Source of the DNA: Vicinamibacterales bacterium
GTDB lineage: Bacteria; Acidobacteriota; Vicinamibacteria; Vicinamibacterales; UBA8438
NCBI GenBank assembly: GCA_029940535.1
Contig: JAPYUM010000002.1
Coordinates: forward strand, 19,264-83,263
Direction: 5' to 3'
DNA: 64,000 nt
The position numbers and the translations under genes are program-made. Of the stretch, positions 29,510 through 38,563 are shown piece by piece. Positions within the stretch are counted from its first letter, which is position 1. The number at the start of each line of letters is the position of its first letter. The notes under the pieces were generated by a model that was given only the letters and a program-made list of their open reading frames with translations, was not told where the DNA came from and ran no database searches.

Positions 29510-31627
29510 ATGGCCGCTACCGACACGGACACTTCCACTGATTCCCTGGGCCCACTCCTGGAGCCCGCCTCGATCGCCATCATCGGCGCCTCGAACGACC
29601 CCACGCGTATCGGCGGGCGGCCACTGCTCTACACGCGAGACGCGGGATTCGCAGGCCCCATCTATCCGGTCAACCCGAATCGCGACAGCGTCCAGGGCCT
29701 CCCGTCCTTCGCCAGCATCGGCGAGGTGCCGGGACCGGTCGACACCGCCATCATCGCGGTCCCGGCCCCGGCCGTGGTCGAGACCACCGAAGCGTGCGCC
29801 GCCGCCGGGGTGAAGGCCGTCATTATTTTCAGCGCCGGGTTCGCTGAAATGGGCGACGACGGCCGACGCCACCAGACCGCGATCGGCCAGATCGCGCGCT
29901 CGACCGGGATGCGGATCGTCGGACCGAACTGTCTGGGCGTCTACAACGCGAATCACGGTTTCTTCGGCACGTTCACGTCGACCTTCGAGGCGGGCCAACC
30001 GCGACCCGGTCGGGTCGGGCTGGTGAGCCAAAGCGGGGCCTACGGGAGCCACCTGTCGCTCCTCGCGACCTTGCGAGGCATCGGCATCCGATTCTGGGTG
30101 ACGACCGGCAATGAGTGTGACGTCGACGTGGCCGAGACGATCGGCTGGTTTGCCGACCATCCAGATGTCTCGGTCATCGTGGCCTACGCGGAAGGCATAC
30201 GAGACCGCGACCGACTGTTTGCGTCGCTGGCGCTGGCTCATGAACGCCGGAAGCCGGTCATCTTTCAGAAAGTCGGTCGTACCGAGGTCGGCGCCGACGC
30301 GGTGCGGTCGCACACTGCGTCAATGGCCGGATCCGATGCGATCTACGACGGCGTCTTCCGTCAGTTCGGCGTCTACCGGGCCACGAACACGGAGGAGATG
30401 CTCGATATCGCCTATACGGCGTCGTTTGGCATCTTCCCGGCCAGCCGGCGAGTCGGGCTCATGAGCATTTCCGGCGGGGTCGGCGTGCAGATGGCCGACG
30501 AGGCGGTGGAGCGCGGGCTCGATGTGGCCCCGATGAGCGATGCGGCCCAGGCCAAACTCAAGGCGGCGCTCCCCTTCGCCGCACCCCGCAACCCGGTCGA
30601 CATCACCGCCCATGCCTTCAACGACCCGGGCCTGGTCGGCACCAACCTGGACGTGATGCTGGCGGAAGGTACATACGACTCCATCGTCGCCTTTTTTACC
30701 TATGTCGCGGCCGCCAAGGCGATGGTTGGTCCGATCAGTGACGCCCTGCGAGCCGCGAAGACCGCGTATCCACGTTGTCTGCTGGTGCTGTCGATCGTCG
30801 GCCCGCCCGACGTCATTACGCGCTACGAGGAAGCCGGGTGCCCGGTGTTCGAGGACCCGACCCGCGCGGTGCGGGCGGTCGATGCGCTAGCGCATTTCGG
30901 CGACGTGTTCGCACGCCCGCTCCCGGATATGACCGCGTCGGGGCCGCCAGTCGTACCACTGCCAGCCGCGCCGATCGGCGAGGCCGTCGCCAAGGCGTTG
31001 CTCGTCGAGGCCGGCTTGCGGGTGGTGGATGAGCGCGCGTGCGCCACGACAGATGCCGCGGTGGCGGCGGCCACGACGCTCGGGTTCCCGGTGGCACTCA
31101 AGATCGCATCATCGGAGATTCCCCACAAGACCGACATCGGTGGCGTGATGCTCGGTCTGGACTCACCAGAAGAGGTCGCGCAGGCCTTCGCGGACGTGAC
31201 CGGACGGGCCCGAATGGCTCATCCCGAAGCCCGCCTCGACGGCGTCCTCGTGTCCCGAATGGTCACTGGGGGCGTAGAAACCATCATGGGCGTACGCTAC
31301 GACCCCACATTCGGCCCGGTCGTGATGTTCGGATTGGGTGGCATCTTCGTGGAAGTCCTCGAAGATGTCGCGTTCCGGGTGGCACCGTTCGACACGGCAG
31401 AGGCGCATCGGATGATGCGCGAGCTGCGGGGATTCCCGTTGCTCGATGGGGTGCGGGGCCGACCGCGCGGCGACCTCGACGCCACCGCGTCGGCGCTGGC
31501 CGCGCTCTCCCGTTTCGCGGCCGCCCATGCCGACGGCCTCGACAGCGCCGAGCTGAACCCGGTGGTGGTGCTGCCGGAAGGCCAGGGCGTCGTGGCGCTC
31601 GACGCGCTCGTGGTGCCAAAGGGGTAA
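29510..31627 (+). CDS. ADP-forming acyl-CoA synthetase (fused CoA-binding/ligase-CoA + ATP-grasp domains)
   Basis: 705 aa with N-terminal SIAIIGASNDPTRIGG, a succinyl-CoA-synthetase-like region and a C-terminal ATP-grasp (GFPVALKIASSEIPHKTDIGGV). Confidence 0.88.
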   Translation: MAATDTDTSTDSLGPLLEPASIAIIGASNDPTRIGGRPLLYTRDAGFAGPIYPVNPNRDSVQGLPSFASIGEVPGPVDTAIIAVPAPAVVETTEACAAAGVKAVIIFSAGFAEMGDDGRRHQTAIGQIARSTGMRIVGPNCLGVYNANHGFFGTFTSTFEAGQPRPGRVGLVSQSGAYGSHLSLLATLRGIGIRFWVTTGNECDVDVAETIGWFADHPDVSVIVAYAEGIRDRDRLFASLALAHERRKPVIFQKVGRTEVGADAVRSHTASMAGSDAIYDGVFRQFGVYRATNTEEMLDIAYTASFGIFPASRRVGLMSISGGVGVQMADEAVERGLDVAPMSDAAQAKLKAALPFAAPRNPVDITAHAFNDPGLVGTNLDVMLAEGTYDSIVAFFTYVAAAKAMVGPISDALRAAKTAYPRCLLVLSIVGPPDVITRYEEAGCPVFEDPTRAVRAVDALAHFGDVFARPLPDMTASGPPVVPLPAAPIGEAVAKALLVEAGLRVVDERACATTDAAVAAATTLGFPVALKIASSEIPHKTDIGGVMLGLDSPEEVAQAFADVTGRARMAHPEARLDGVLVSRMVTGGVETIMGVRYDPTFGPVVMFGLGGIFVEVLEDVAFRVAPFDTAEAHRMMRELRGFPLLDGVRGRPRGDLDATASALAALSRFAAAHADGLDSAELNPVVVLPEGQGVVALDALVVPKG

Positions 31628-31701
31628 GGGCGAGGCTTCAGGCTTCAGAACGAGGGTCGCTGAGGGAAGACCGGGGCGCAAGAGGCGTCGTACAAGCCGA
31701 G

Positions 31702-31727
31702 GGCCGCGCGGTTGTCGCCGCGCGGCC
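31702..31727. terminator. perfect 10-bp GC hairpin between convergent genes (candidate bidirectional terminator)
   Basis: GGCCGCGCGG-TTGTCG-CCGCGCGGCC, located between the acyl-CoA synthetase stop (31627) and the radical SAM stop (31782). No clear U-tract. Confidence 0.45.
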
Positions 31728-31781
31728 CGTTGTGTCCGTGCCGAAGCCTGAGGCCCGAAGCCTCGCGGGCGAACGAGCGAC

Positions 31782-33863
31782 CTACCCCACCTCGACCGTC
31801 TCGTCCTTTTTCTTCCCGCCAAGCCCCTGAATCTGGATGACGCCACTCTGTTCCGGCGCCTCTTCCTTCAACACGTGCTGGCGATAGAGGGCCGCCATCC
31901 GCTCATCTTCGGCCTTCTGTTTCATCTCGTCACGCGCCGCGATCTTCTCCTGCCGCGCGGTCTTGACGATGCCCTGGTCATCCAGGTCGGTCTGTAGCCC
32001 GGCCGCCACCGCCTCCGGGTCGAGCACGAGGTTGTGCTCCTTGCTGACCAGGTCGACGTCGTTGCCACCGGCGAAGATCTCGTGCCGTCCATGCTCGTCG
32101 TACCACTTGGTGAGCGTGGCGGTCATGTGCATCTTCTCGATGATGTTCCGCCAGCCAACCCCAGTGTTGTAGGCGCAGAAGGAAATCTCTCCCTCCTGGG
32201 TCGCATACGGAATGATGCAGCGCTCGGTCCGTCGGAAGTCGTAGTTAAACAGGTCCTGGAACCACATCCCGGCAATGAACAGGAAGTTCCAGCGGTCACC
32301 CCGACGCTTCGCAATATCGGCCTGGGTCCGGTCGCCCGTCACCTTTCCGTAGTCCTTGCCGGACGCCCCGAACGTCTTGTCGAACTTCTGCACCAAGTCC
32401 CACAGCTTGAAGTGGGTCGGCGCCTGGAACGGGTCGTAGTTGCGAATCAGCGCCATCGCCATCCCAAGCGTCGCCACTTTCCGGCTACGCCCACCGTCGG
32501 TGACCCGACCCAGGTCCTTGGCCAGCCGCTCCGCCTTCAAGAACGCGGTGACCGGGACCGACTCCTTGGTCTCCTTGTCGATCATGATGGCCATCCCGAT
32601 GCCGCAGTTCGGATGGCAACCGCAATTGAGTTGCCCCCAGTCGGCCTGCGGGCCATGCATGAAGTCGGCCGAATCGGTGAAGGTGCCCATGAACGAGATG
32701 GGGAACCAGTCACGTATCGGCTCGCCGATGCCGGTCTGGTTCTTCACGTCGTGGGCCAGGTGCGACAGGGTATAGCGCTGCGCGTGCCGACGCTCGTCGG
32801 TAATCTCCTCGTCGCGGCCGGTGAACGACACCGGCTGGAACGACAGGAAGTTGATCTTCTTCGGGTTGTCGAGCGCGAACTGCACAACCCGTCCGACCTG
32901 CTCGTTGTTGATCCCGTTGAGAATCGTGATGACCGGCACGATGTCCACGCCGGCGTTGTGCAGATTCTCGATGGCCCGCAGTTTCACATCGAACAGGTTG
33001 CCGACCAGCCGGTGGGAATTCGCGGCGTTGCCGACCCCATCGAACTGCAGATACGCATACCGCAGCCCGGCATCGGCGGCGGCACGGGCGAAATCCGGAC
33101 TCTTCGCAAACTCGATGCCGTTGGTGGCCGCCTGCACGCTGTTGTAGCCGACCTTCCGCGCGTAGCGGATGGCGTCGAGGAAGTACGGGGAGATGCTCGG
33201 CTCACCGCCGGAGAACTGCACCGACATCTGCCGCCTCGGCTTGATCGAGATGGCGTTGTCGAGCAACGTCTTGATGTCGTCCCACCCGAGCTCGTGGACG
33301 AATCCGACCTGGTTCGCGTCCATGAAACAGGGGTCGCACATCATGTTGCAGCGGTTCGTCAGGTCGATCGTCAGCACCGAGCCGCGACCATACTTGATGG
33401 TGCTACTGCCATGGTTGTGCAACTTCTCGTCGTTGTGGGCCCGCATGTCGCTGCCGGGGAACGAGTCTTCGAGGTGCTTGAAGAACGCGGTGTCCATCGC
33501 CATCACGTCCTCGAAGTGGCCGTGCTCGGGACAGTCCTTCACCATCAGAATCTTGCCGTCGCGTTCAATGATGTTGGCCTTGATCTCACCGACCTTCTCG
33601 TTGATCAAGATCTTGTAGTCGCGCTTGCCGTCTAGAATCTCCTGCCGCGCCTCACGCACGCACTTGGGACACAGCGAGTCGGTCTCACGAGGCCAGCCCA
33701 GGGGCGGCTTCACTTTCTCAGTCGACTTCAGCAACGGCTTGTCTGCCCACGCGGGGACAAACGACGATTTCTGGTTATATCGGTTCACCAAATCGAAGGC
33801 CCTGAATCCCGCGTCGGCAAGCAGGGTGAGTCCTTTTTCGGCGTATTTGATCGGCTTATGCAT
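31782..33863 (-). CDS. large radical SAM protein, Tes/GDGT-MAS-like (COG1964-type)
   Basis: CxxxCxxC motif CNMMCDPC preceded by a Cys/His metal site (LCPKC...KDCPEHGHFED). The ATG at 33863 (MHKPIKY) is preceded by GGAG. About 693 aa. Confidence 0.75.
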   Translation of the reverse strand: MHKPIKYAEKGLTLLADAGFRAFDLVNRYNQKSSFVPAWADKPLLKSTEKVKPPLGWPRETDSLCPKCVREARQEILDGKRDYKILINEKVGEIKANIIERDGKILMVKDCPEHGHFEDVMAMDTAFFKHLEDSFPGSDMRAHNDEKLHNHGSSTIKYGRGSVLTIDLTNRCNMMCDPCFMDANQVGFVHELGWDDIKTLLDNAISIKPRRQMSVQFSGGEPSISPYFLDAIRYARKVGYNSVQAATNGIEFAKSPDFARAAADAGLRYAYLQFDGVGNAANSHRLVGNLFDVKLRAIENLHNAGVDIVPVITILNGINNEQVGRVVQFALDNPKKINFLSFQPVSFTGRDEEITDERRHAQRYTLSHLAHDVKNQTGIGEPIRDWFPISFMGTFTDSADFMHGPQADWGQLNCGCHPNCGIGMAIMIDKETKESVPVTAFLKAERLAKDLGRVTDGGRSRKVATLGMAMALIRNYDPFQAPTHFKLWDLVQKFDKTFGASGKDYGKVTGDRTQADIAKRRGDRWNFLFIAGMWFQDLFNYDFRRTERCIIPYATQEGEISFCAYNTGVGWRNIIEKMHMTATLTKWYDEHGRHEIFAGGNDVDLVSKEHNLVLDPEAVAAGLQTDLDDQGIVKTARQEKIAARDEMKQKAEDERMAALYRQHVLKEEAPEQSGVIQIQGLGGKKKDETVEVG

Positions 33864-33953
33864 CTTTGGCTCCGGCAGCCGGGTCAACCCACAACCCGCG
33901 CTTGCGTCCAAGTCTTTTAAGAACCATAAGATAGTCCCTAATTGAGAAAAAAA

Positions 33954-33983
33954 CCCGAAGTTTCACTTGGAGGGCGTTTCGGG
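33954..33983 (-). terminator. candidate intrinsic terminator after alkB
   Basis: The minus strand reads CCCGAA-(18-nt loop)-TTCGGG followed by TTTTTTT. The loop is large, so the call is weak. Confidence 0.35.
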
Positions 33984-34043
33984 GGGGCGAACGGGCGCAT
34001 GGGGGGGGCGTTTGGCCCGCCGTCGCCAAGAGTGCGTTGCAGG

Positions 34044-34673
34044 CTATGGCGGGCTTGCGCCTTGGCGGAACGTGAGATTCAGCCGGCCATCGAAACCCAA
34101 CTCAGGTGGTCCCGTGTGTGGCAGCACGGCCGCCACGCCATGGAAACGCAAGCGACTCGGTCCTCCGAATACGAAGCCGTCGCCGGAAGCCAGCGGCACC
34201 ATCGTCTTCGCGTCCTTGCGCGTGAGCCCCCCGATGATGAACTTCGCGGTGTCACCCAGCGACACGGACACGATCGGGACACCGGCCGCCAGGGTGTCCT
34301 GGCGTTCATCCTTGTCCTGATGGAGCCCCATCTTACCGGCGGCATCGTAGGAGTTCAGGATGCAGACATCCGGGAGCAGTCGCATACCGGCCGCCTCCGC
34401 CATTCGCACGGCCAATGCCGACAGTTGCGGCGGCAGGGGCGGCGCCGGCCGGCCGTCGTGGTCCCGTCGACTGGCCTCATAGCGATAGGTGCGCGCGTTC
34501 CAGTGGCGTCCCAGGCACACCATCCGCACCCGCATCTGTCCACCGCCGCGCACCGTGGGGACATACCATCCCGTCGGCCCGTTGCCAATTGCCTGGCAGC
34601 GCTCAGCCAGCTCGAGCTGCTCAGCCAGCGACAGAAACCGCGGCAGATGGACCGCGCCGGGGAAGATCTCCAT
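34044..34673 (-). CDS. alkB: Fe(II)/2-oxoglutarate-dependent dioxygenase AlkB
   Basis: MEIFPGAVHLPRFLS... and the HxD...H facial triad context (MGLHQDKDE ... RLRFHGV). The ATG at 34673 was chosen; the upstream part of the track ORF runs into a repeat. Confidence 0.85.
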   Translation of the reverse strand: MEIFPGAVHLPRFLSLAEQLELAERCQAIGNGPTGWYVPTVRGGGQMRVRMVCLGRHWNARTYRYEASRRDHDGRPAPPLPPQLSALAVRMAEAAGMRLLPDVCILNSYDAAGKMGLHQDKDERQDTLAAGVPIVSVSLGDTAKFIIGGLTRKDAKTMVPLASGDGFVFGGPSRLRFHGVAAVLPHTGPPELGFDGRLNLTFRQGASPP

Positions 34674-34675
34674 AC

Positions 34676-34741
34676 CGGAGTGGGGCTCTCGGGGTCCCCG
34701 CGGAGTGGCCGCGTGGGGTTCGGGGCGCAGCCCCGTCTGAA
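34676..34741 (-). repeat. Family-1 repeat (copy E, reverse, truncated)
   Basis: CGGAGTGGGGCTCTCGGGGTCCCCGCGGAGTGGCCGCGTGGGGTTCGGGGCGCAGCCCCGTCTGA. It lacks the GCGCGC...GCGCGC hairpin end and abuts the alkB start codon. Confidence 0.8.
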
Positions 34742-34799
34742 TACTAGTGTAACAATGAGGCGGGGGGCGGACTCCCGATCGTTCGAGCACTCACATTCT

Positions 34800-35948
34800 A
34801 TGCCTCGTTCTTCTGATGTCGTCGTGGTCGGCGCCGGCGTCTTCGGGGCCTGGACGGCCCTCCAGCTTCGCCGCACCGGCCGGTCGGTCACGCTCGTCGA
34901 CGCCTTCGGGGCTGGTCACACCCGGTCCAGTTCCAGTGGCGCGACCCGAGTCATTCGAGTGGGATACGGCTCCGACTTGATCTACTCGCAGTGGGCCCAG
35001 CGCTCAGCTTACGCGTGGCGCGAGTTGTTTCGCGACTGGCGGCAGGAGTTGTTCACCCGCACCGGAGTGTTGTGGATGGCCCAGGACGACGACCAGAGCA
35101 TCAACGACACGATCGAAACCCTGAACCGCCTGCACGTTCCGTTCGAGAGCCTCGAGCGGAGTGCGCTCGAGCAACGGTTTCCGCAGTTTAATTTCGGCCC
35201 GATCACTCGTGGCCTCCTCGAACCCGACGCCGGAGTCATCATGGCCCGTCGAGCGGTGCAGATGGTTGTGCGCCAGGCGGTGAAGCAGAGCGTCGATTAC
35301 CGCATCACCGCGGTCACCGTGCCGACGGGGACGGGCGCTATTGATGGTCTCTCTGCCAGTGACGGCAGCCGCCTCACCGCCGGGACCTACGTGTTCGCCT
35401 GCGGCCCCTGGCTCGCGAAGCTGTTCCCATCGGTGGTCGGCGGCCGTCTCCAATCGACTCGCCAGGAAGTGTTTTTTTTCGGCGCCGAGCCTGGTACGCA
35501 GCGATTCGTTCCGCCGCACATGCCCGCGTGGATCGACGTCGCGGGCGGCGTCTACGGCGTCCCCGACCTCGAAGGACGAGGCTTCAAGATCGGACTGCAC
35601 CACCACGGCCCTCCGTTCGACCCGGACACCGGCGAGCGCATCGTCTCCGATGGCGCGCTCCAGTTGGCGCGCATGATCCTCGCCAAACGGGTCCCCTCCC
35701 TCGCACAGGCCCCACTGCTCGAAGCCCGGGTGTGCCAATACACGAACAGCGGAACCGGTGATTTTTTGATCGACCAACATCCAGACCATGACAACGTGTG
35801 GCTCGTCGGAGCCGGGTCCGGACACGGCTTCAAACACGGCCCTGCGGTCGGCGAATACGTGGCCGCTCAGTTGTCAGGCAGAGGGTCGCCAGAACCGAGA
35901 TTCACCCTCAACGCGCATCGTCCCGGTCAAGAGCGAAGAATCTTTTAG
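34800..35948 (+). CDS. FAD-dependent oxidoreductase (DAO / sarcosine-oxidase-like family)
   Basis: Dinucleotide-binding start DVVVVGAGVFGAWTA...LVDA and DAO-family length. Alternative start at 34755. The track ORF 33942..35948 is chimeric upstream. Confidence 0.85.
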   Translation: MPRSSDVVVVGAGVFGAWTALQLRRTGRSVTLVDAFGAGHTRSSSSGATRVIRVGYGSDLIYSQWAQRSAYAWRELFRDWRQELFTRTGVLWMAQDDDQSINDTIETLNRLHVPFESLERSALEQRFPQFNFGPITRGLLEPDAGVIMARRAVQMVVRQAVKQSVDYRITAVTVPTGTGAIDGLSASDGSRLTAGTYVFACGPWLAKLFPSVVGGRLQSTRQEVFFFGAEPGTQRFVPPHMPAWIDVAGGVYGVPDLEGRGFKIGLHHHGPPFDPDTGERIVSDGALQLARMILAKRVPSLAQAPLLEARVCQYTNSGTGDFLIDQHPDHDNVWLVGAGSGHGFKHGPAVGEYVAAQLSGRGSPEPRFTLNAHRPGQERRIF

Positions 35949-35967
35949 GTTTTCGGGCGCGTCGGGC

Positions 35968-38517
35968 CTAGCAGCAACCCGACCCAGGTTCGCAGCAGGC
36001 GTCGTTGTCAGGCCCGACCGTGATGTCGCGAATGCCGCTCGGGCCATCGACGATGGAGAACGAGCCGACGTAGGGTGCGTGTGACAGCTTGGCGGCGGTG
36101 TCGGTGCACACCTCGACCGCTTCCCCCCGTGGGAAGAGGTGCCCTTCCTCGTCGACGACTGCCTTCTGCGGACCCAGATAGATCGCGTACTGCCCGATGA
36201 ACTGACAGCCGGCCTTCTTCTCGAACTTGTAGCCTCGCACCGTCACGGAGTAGAACTTGCAGCCTTCGACCTCACGCCAGAAGGTCTTCTTCAGCACCGA
36301 CACCCCGTAGAATCCAGCCTTCTCTACCCCGGCCAGGAACGCCTCCTCGGTCAGTGCTCCCGAGATGCACTCGCCCCAGAGTTGGCCATCGGCCCGCATC
36401 TTTGGCGGCACCTCGTCCTCGGACACGATATCGGCCACGACGAGCCGCCCGTGGTCTTTCAGCACGCGCCAGATCTCACGGAAGACACGCGGCTTGTCCG
36501 GTGACAAATTGATGACGCAATTCGACGTCACCACGTCGACGGTCGTATCATCGACCGGGATCTCTTCGAGAAAGCCCTGTCTGAACTCGACCGCATCGTA
36601 GCCAAGCGCCTCGGCGACCTGGGGCTGACACTCGCGGGCGACCGACAGCATCTGGTCGGTCATGTCGACCCCGTAGATACGACCCTCGGGGCCCACTTTC
36701 TTGGCCGCGATGAAGCAGTCGATACCGGCGCCAGACCCGAGATCGACCATCGACTCTCCGGTGGCCAGTGCGGCGGCCGTGACCGGGCTGCCACACCCGT
36801 AGAACCGCTCGACAACCTCTTTGGGAATGTGCTCCAAATCGGCGGGCTCCGGCTGGACCGGACAGCAGAGCTCCTCTTGTGGTTTCTCCGCCGCGTCGCC
36901 GTAAAACTCACGCACCGTCAGACGCGACTTGTCGAGCACCTCTTCGGAGAGCACGCACGCCGAGTGCGTCGTCCGCACAATCGTGTCCTCATCATGCAGC
37001 GTGTGCTCGCCCATGCCGCGCAGCACGACGGGACGGTCGTAGCCTGCGTTCGGCTGCACGGTGGCCCGGCCCTCTCGAACCAGATCCGTGAAGGTGTCGG
37101 CGGCCAGACCTTTGTAGAGTTCGCAGTACGGATCGTGGGCGATGAACGCCGACCGCCGACTCCGGCCCTCGGCGGCCGCCGGCCAGTATCCGTGTTCGAC
37201 ATCGCCCCCCCCGCAGAGAAAACGTAACGAACAGGTCCGGCACAACGGTTTCCGCTCGACAGTCGCCTCGCGCAGGTCTCGGCAGACCGGGCTGGTCTTC
37301 CAGACCTCCTCGAGACGCTGTTCGGCCAAGTTGCCGCACCGCAACTCGGGCACCCCGGCCATCGAGGCCGATGGATACAAGTTCCCGTCCGTATACAGAC
37401 AGAGACTGCTCCAGCCAGCTCCGGCGAGGTCGTTCTTCACCCCGGGGCTGCCGTCGAGACGCAGCCGGAATTCCTCGATGTTGTCGATCGACACCCCGAG
37501 CTCGGTCGCCACCGCACGTGCCTTCCGCACGGCGGCCAGAATCTCCTCGGCGGCGGGCAGGTCAGCCAGTGCGCCGTCCAGCACGCGACCGCGACGGTGC
37601 GGCCACAACAAATGCACATTCCGGACGCCGTGGGCGTGTGCGAGTCGGACGATATCGTCCAGGGCATCGAGATTGTGACGCAGAATCGTCGCCGTCAGCG
37701 TCGGCCGCAGACCGGCGGCGACCGCAATGTCCACACCCTCCACGATGCGCTCAAACGTGCCATGACCACGAATCGGGTCGTTGATCGCGGCGGTCGGGCC
37801 GTCGAGGCTGATCTGAATCCGCAGACCGGGAACGGGCGCGTCGGCTGGGACGTCGGCGGCCGGCGTATGCGCCTCGACCACGGACAGCAACTGCACCAGT
37901 CGCGCCAGTCGCTCCCCCTTGAACATGGTCCCGTTGGTCAGAATCACCAACTCGCGGCCGTGCGTGCGCACGACACGGTCAGCCAGATCCAGAATATCCG
38001 GCCGCGCCAACGGCTCGCCACCGGTGAAGAACAGCCGTTGCGCTCCGAGCGTCACCGCTTGGTCGATGGCGTCGGCAATGACCTCGGTCGGTAGGCCTTG
38101 TTGACGCTCTGGCCCCGACGAGACCAAACAGTGCGCGCAACTCAAATTGCAGAAGTCGTTGACCTGGATCCACAGCTCGTACAGATGCTCCGTCTCCAGA
38201 TAGGCCGACCGGCCGAGGTACGGCGCCGGGGCGGCGCCGTCGGTCGACAGAAACCCCTGGCGAAGACCGTCGTGCGCGAATGTCTCGACATGCAGCCAAG
38301 CGCGAGTCACATCGAGCCCCGACGCGTTGGCGTAGTCGCGCACCACCTGCACGAAGGGGGTCCGACCATCGAACCGGCCCAGCAACCCCAACCCGCGATC
38401 GTCGGTGCCGATCCAGTGCGGTCTCGCGGGATCGAGCGCCACAGCGTCATTCCCGACGTCATGCACCGTATAGGCCGGTGCACGGAGCATGGTCTTGTCT
38501 TCAATCACGATAGGCAT
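35968..38517 (-). CDS. fusion protein: (PqqD-like N-domain?) + radical SAM/SPASM + full-length ArsM/AS3MT-type methyltransferase
   Basis: Radical SAM CNLSCAHC (aa 123-130) and a SPASM-like CRTCSLRFLCGGGD. The ArsM part spans aa ~525-849: CC (551/552), YGCG (575), VDLGSGAGID SAM motif, SNCVINL (667), WGECISGA (717), ...VEVCTDTA... and a Cys-rich tail CCEPGSGCC. Confidence 0.85.
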   Translation of the reverse strand: MPIVIEDKTMLRAPAYTVHDVGNDAVALDPARPHWIGTDDRGLGLLGRFDGRTPFVQVVRDYANASGLDVTRAWLHVETFAHDGLRQGFLSTDGAAPAPYLGRSAYLETEHLYELWIQVNDFCNLSCAHCLVSSGPERQQGLPTEVIADAIDQAVTLGAQRLFFTGGEPLARPDILDLADRVVRTHGRELVILTNGTMFKGERLARLVQLLSVVEAHTPAADVPADAPVPGLRIQISLDGPTAAINDPIRGHGTFERIVEGVDIAVAAGLRPTLTATILRHNLDALDDIVRLAHAHGVRNVHLLWPHRRGRVLDGALADLPAAEEILAAVRKARAVATELGVSIDNIEEFRLRLDGSPGVKNDLAGAGWSSLCLYTDGNLYPSASMAGVPELRCGNLAEQRLEEVWKTSPVCRDLREATVERKPLCRTCSLRFLCGGGDVEHGYWPAAAEGRSRRSAFIAHDPYCELYKGLAADTFTDLVREGRATVQPNAGYDRPVVLRGMGEHTLHDEDTIVRTTHSACVLSEEVLDKSRLTVREFYGDAAEKPQEELCCPVQPEPADLEHIPKEVVERFYGCGSPVTAAALATGESMVDLGSGAGIDCFIAAKKVGPEGRIYGVDMTDQMLSVARECQPQVAEALGYDAVEFRQGFLEEIPVDDTTVDVVTSNCVINLSPDKPRVFREIWRVLKDHGRLVVADIVSEDEVPPKMRADGQLWGECISGALTEEAFLAGVEKAGFYGVSVLKKTFWREVEGCKFYSVTVRGYKFEKKAGCQFIGQYAIYLGPQKAVVDEEGHLFPRGEAVEVCTDTAAKLSHAPYVGSFSIVDGPSGIRDITVGPDNDACCEPGSGCC

Positions 38518-38563
38518 GGGGACTGACTCGATATGACGCGGCGCCGTCCTGCGAGGATCCCGA

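Noticed and set aside
33942-35948. 668-aa ORF suggesting a very large protein.
   Set aside because: Only the last ~382 codons (from 34800, or 34755) look like a protein, the FAD oxidoreductase. The upstream part is antisense to alkB and reads through a family-1 repeat.
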